64,000 nucleotides of DNA, from the NCBI RefSeq assembly GCF_009914755.1, contig NC_060939.1. The stretch is one strand, 5' to 3'. Source of the DNA: the human T2T-CHM13v2.0 reference genome, Homo sapiens. A program made the position numbers and the translations under genes. Numbering within the stretch: position 1 is the stretch's first letter; each line of letters starts with the position of its first letter. Under the pieces are notes generated by a model. That model saw only the letters and a program-made list of their open reading frames with translations, was not told the DNA's origin and made no database searches. Positions 62,901 to 64,000 of the stretch are shown here, one piece after another.

Positions 62901-63329
62901 AGTCTGATGTTCAAGCCTCTATTACATTTTTTTAGTTTAGCTGTTGTATTTTTCAGCTCCAACATTTCTGTTTGGTTCTTTTTAAAATATTTTCTGTCTC
63001 TTTATTGAGCTTCTCATTTTGTTCTTGGATTGTCTTCCTGATTTCATTAAACTATTTATTTGTGTTCTCTTGTAGTTCCCCAAGATTCCTTAGGCAATTA
63101 TTTTGATTTTTTCCAGGCAATTTATAGATCTCCAATTCTTTGGGGTTGGTTACTAGAAATTAATTTTGTTCCTTTGGTGGTGTCATGTTTTCCTGCTTCT
63201 TTGTGATCTTTGGGTGTTGATTTTGTCAGTGACTAAACCTGCTGGAGTCCTCTGTGGAGTTAAATACTATAGTTTGTGCAATGATAATTGTGGGTTCCTT
63301 GGTAGTAAAAGCAGTGTGGTATGTGCAGC
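56980..63329 (-). mobile_element. Short L1MA/MB 3' end (about 56980-57440) followed by a long decayed L1MA spanning 3' UTR, ORF2 and ORF1
   Basis: ORF remnants at 59558-60357 (SLLEDGMIL, PLSPLPFNIVL, YRPMSLVN, HHDKAGFI); two similar 3' ends in tandem. Confidence 0.82.
58180..58563 (-). mobile_element. THE1C/D-like MaLR solo LTR
   Basis: TG...CA termini, ggggacacagccaaaccatatca, and a perfect 5-bp TSD ggttt at 58175 and 58564. Confidence 0.93.
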
Positions 63330-64000
63330 TGATAATGACAGGAGACAGACAGATTCCTAGGCAGACAGGGATAAGTCCCTGGTGAATCCCAACCTTCAAG
63401 CCAAAGACAACCTGAGGCCTGAAAACCAAGCCGCCAGTTCCAGGTGGAGTCCACGACCCAACTGAGAACTTCCTCAGTGCCTTTTAGTCAATTAAATGGT
63501 GCTTTTTCCAGGCCTGCCCATGAACCAGTCAGCACAGATTCCTCCATTCTGAGCCCATAAAAACCCCAGACTCAGCCTCACAGATGGCTCTCTGCTTTCA
63601 GCCCCACTCTTACACAGAGGGCTGCCCACTTTGGCTACTCTCTTGTTGTCAAGAGCTTTTCTGCCGCTCAATAAAAATCTCATCAGCCTTGCTCACTCTG
63701 CAGTGTCTGCATGCTTCATTCCTGTTGGTTGCAGGACAAGAATCCAGGATCCACTGAACAGTGGGTGCGAAAAGAGCTGTAAGATACACCTCCTGTTCAC
63801 CAAGCTACAGAAGTGAAAAAAAAATGCTGGGTGCCACAAGTCCCCAATTGCTGAGCTGTGGGCAGCAGGACTGAATGAGCTGTGACACATCCCCATTTGC
63901 TGAAACTGCCAGCAGTGAGAACGAACAAGAGCTGTAACACTTCCTGGGGGCTCAGACCTTGACTCCCAGAGCAAAAGCTGTAACACCTCTTCGGGCTCCA
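63330..64000 (+). mobile_element. ERV1 LTR of the LTR27/LTR28/LTR1/MER52 group, running off the window end
   Basis: Starts tgataatgacaggag; TATA-like cccataaaaaccc at about 63554; aataaa at 63670; repeated gagctgtaacac-like units. Confidence 0.75.

Overview
Primate (human-like) AT-rich, L1-dense genomic DNA from an olfactory receptor (OR) cluster. It holds four disabled OR genes in divergent pairs: OR11H-like (-), OR11K-like (-), OR4Q-like (+) and OR4H-like (+). From recalled annotation, this order matches the 14q11.2 cluster (OR11H2, OR11K2P, OR4Q3, OR4H12P) and its 15q11.2 duplicate (OR11H3P, OR11K1P, OR4Q1P, OR4H6P). The frameshifted OR4Q favours a 15q11.2-type copy, but species and copy are not verified. 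There is no intact protein-coding gene. The rest is mostly nested LINE-1s of several ages, six Alus, MaLR and ERV1 LTRs, an ERVL pol remnant, MER2, MIR/L2, a U13 snoRNA retrocopy and microsatellites. Repeat subfamily calls are by eye. I see no clear evidence of a new biological system. The best leads are: (1) OR11H and OR4Q are both split at the same ICL2 Met, with an ATGA stop/start overlap in OR11H; (2) a clustered Lhx2/Ebf-like site and hairpin lie upstream of OR4Q; (3) three head-to-head L1 junctions; (4) an ancient local duplication with a filled and an empty L1 insertion site.
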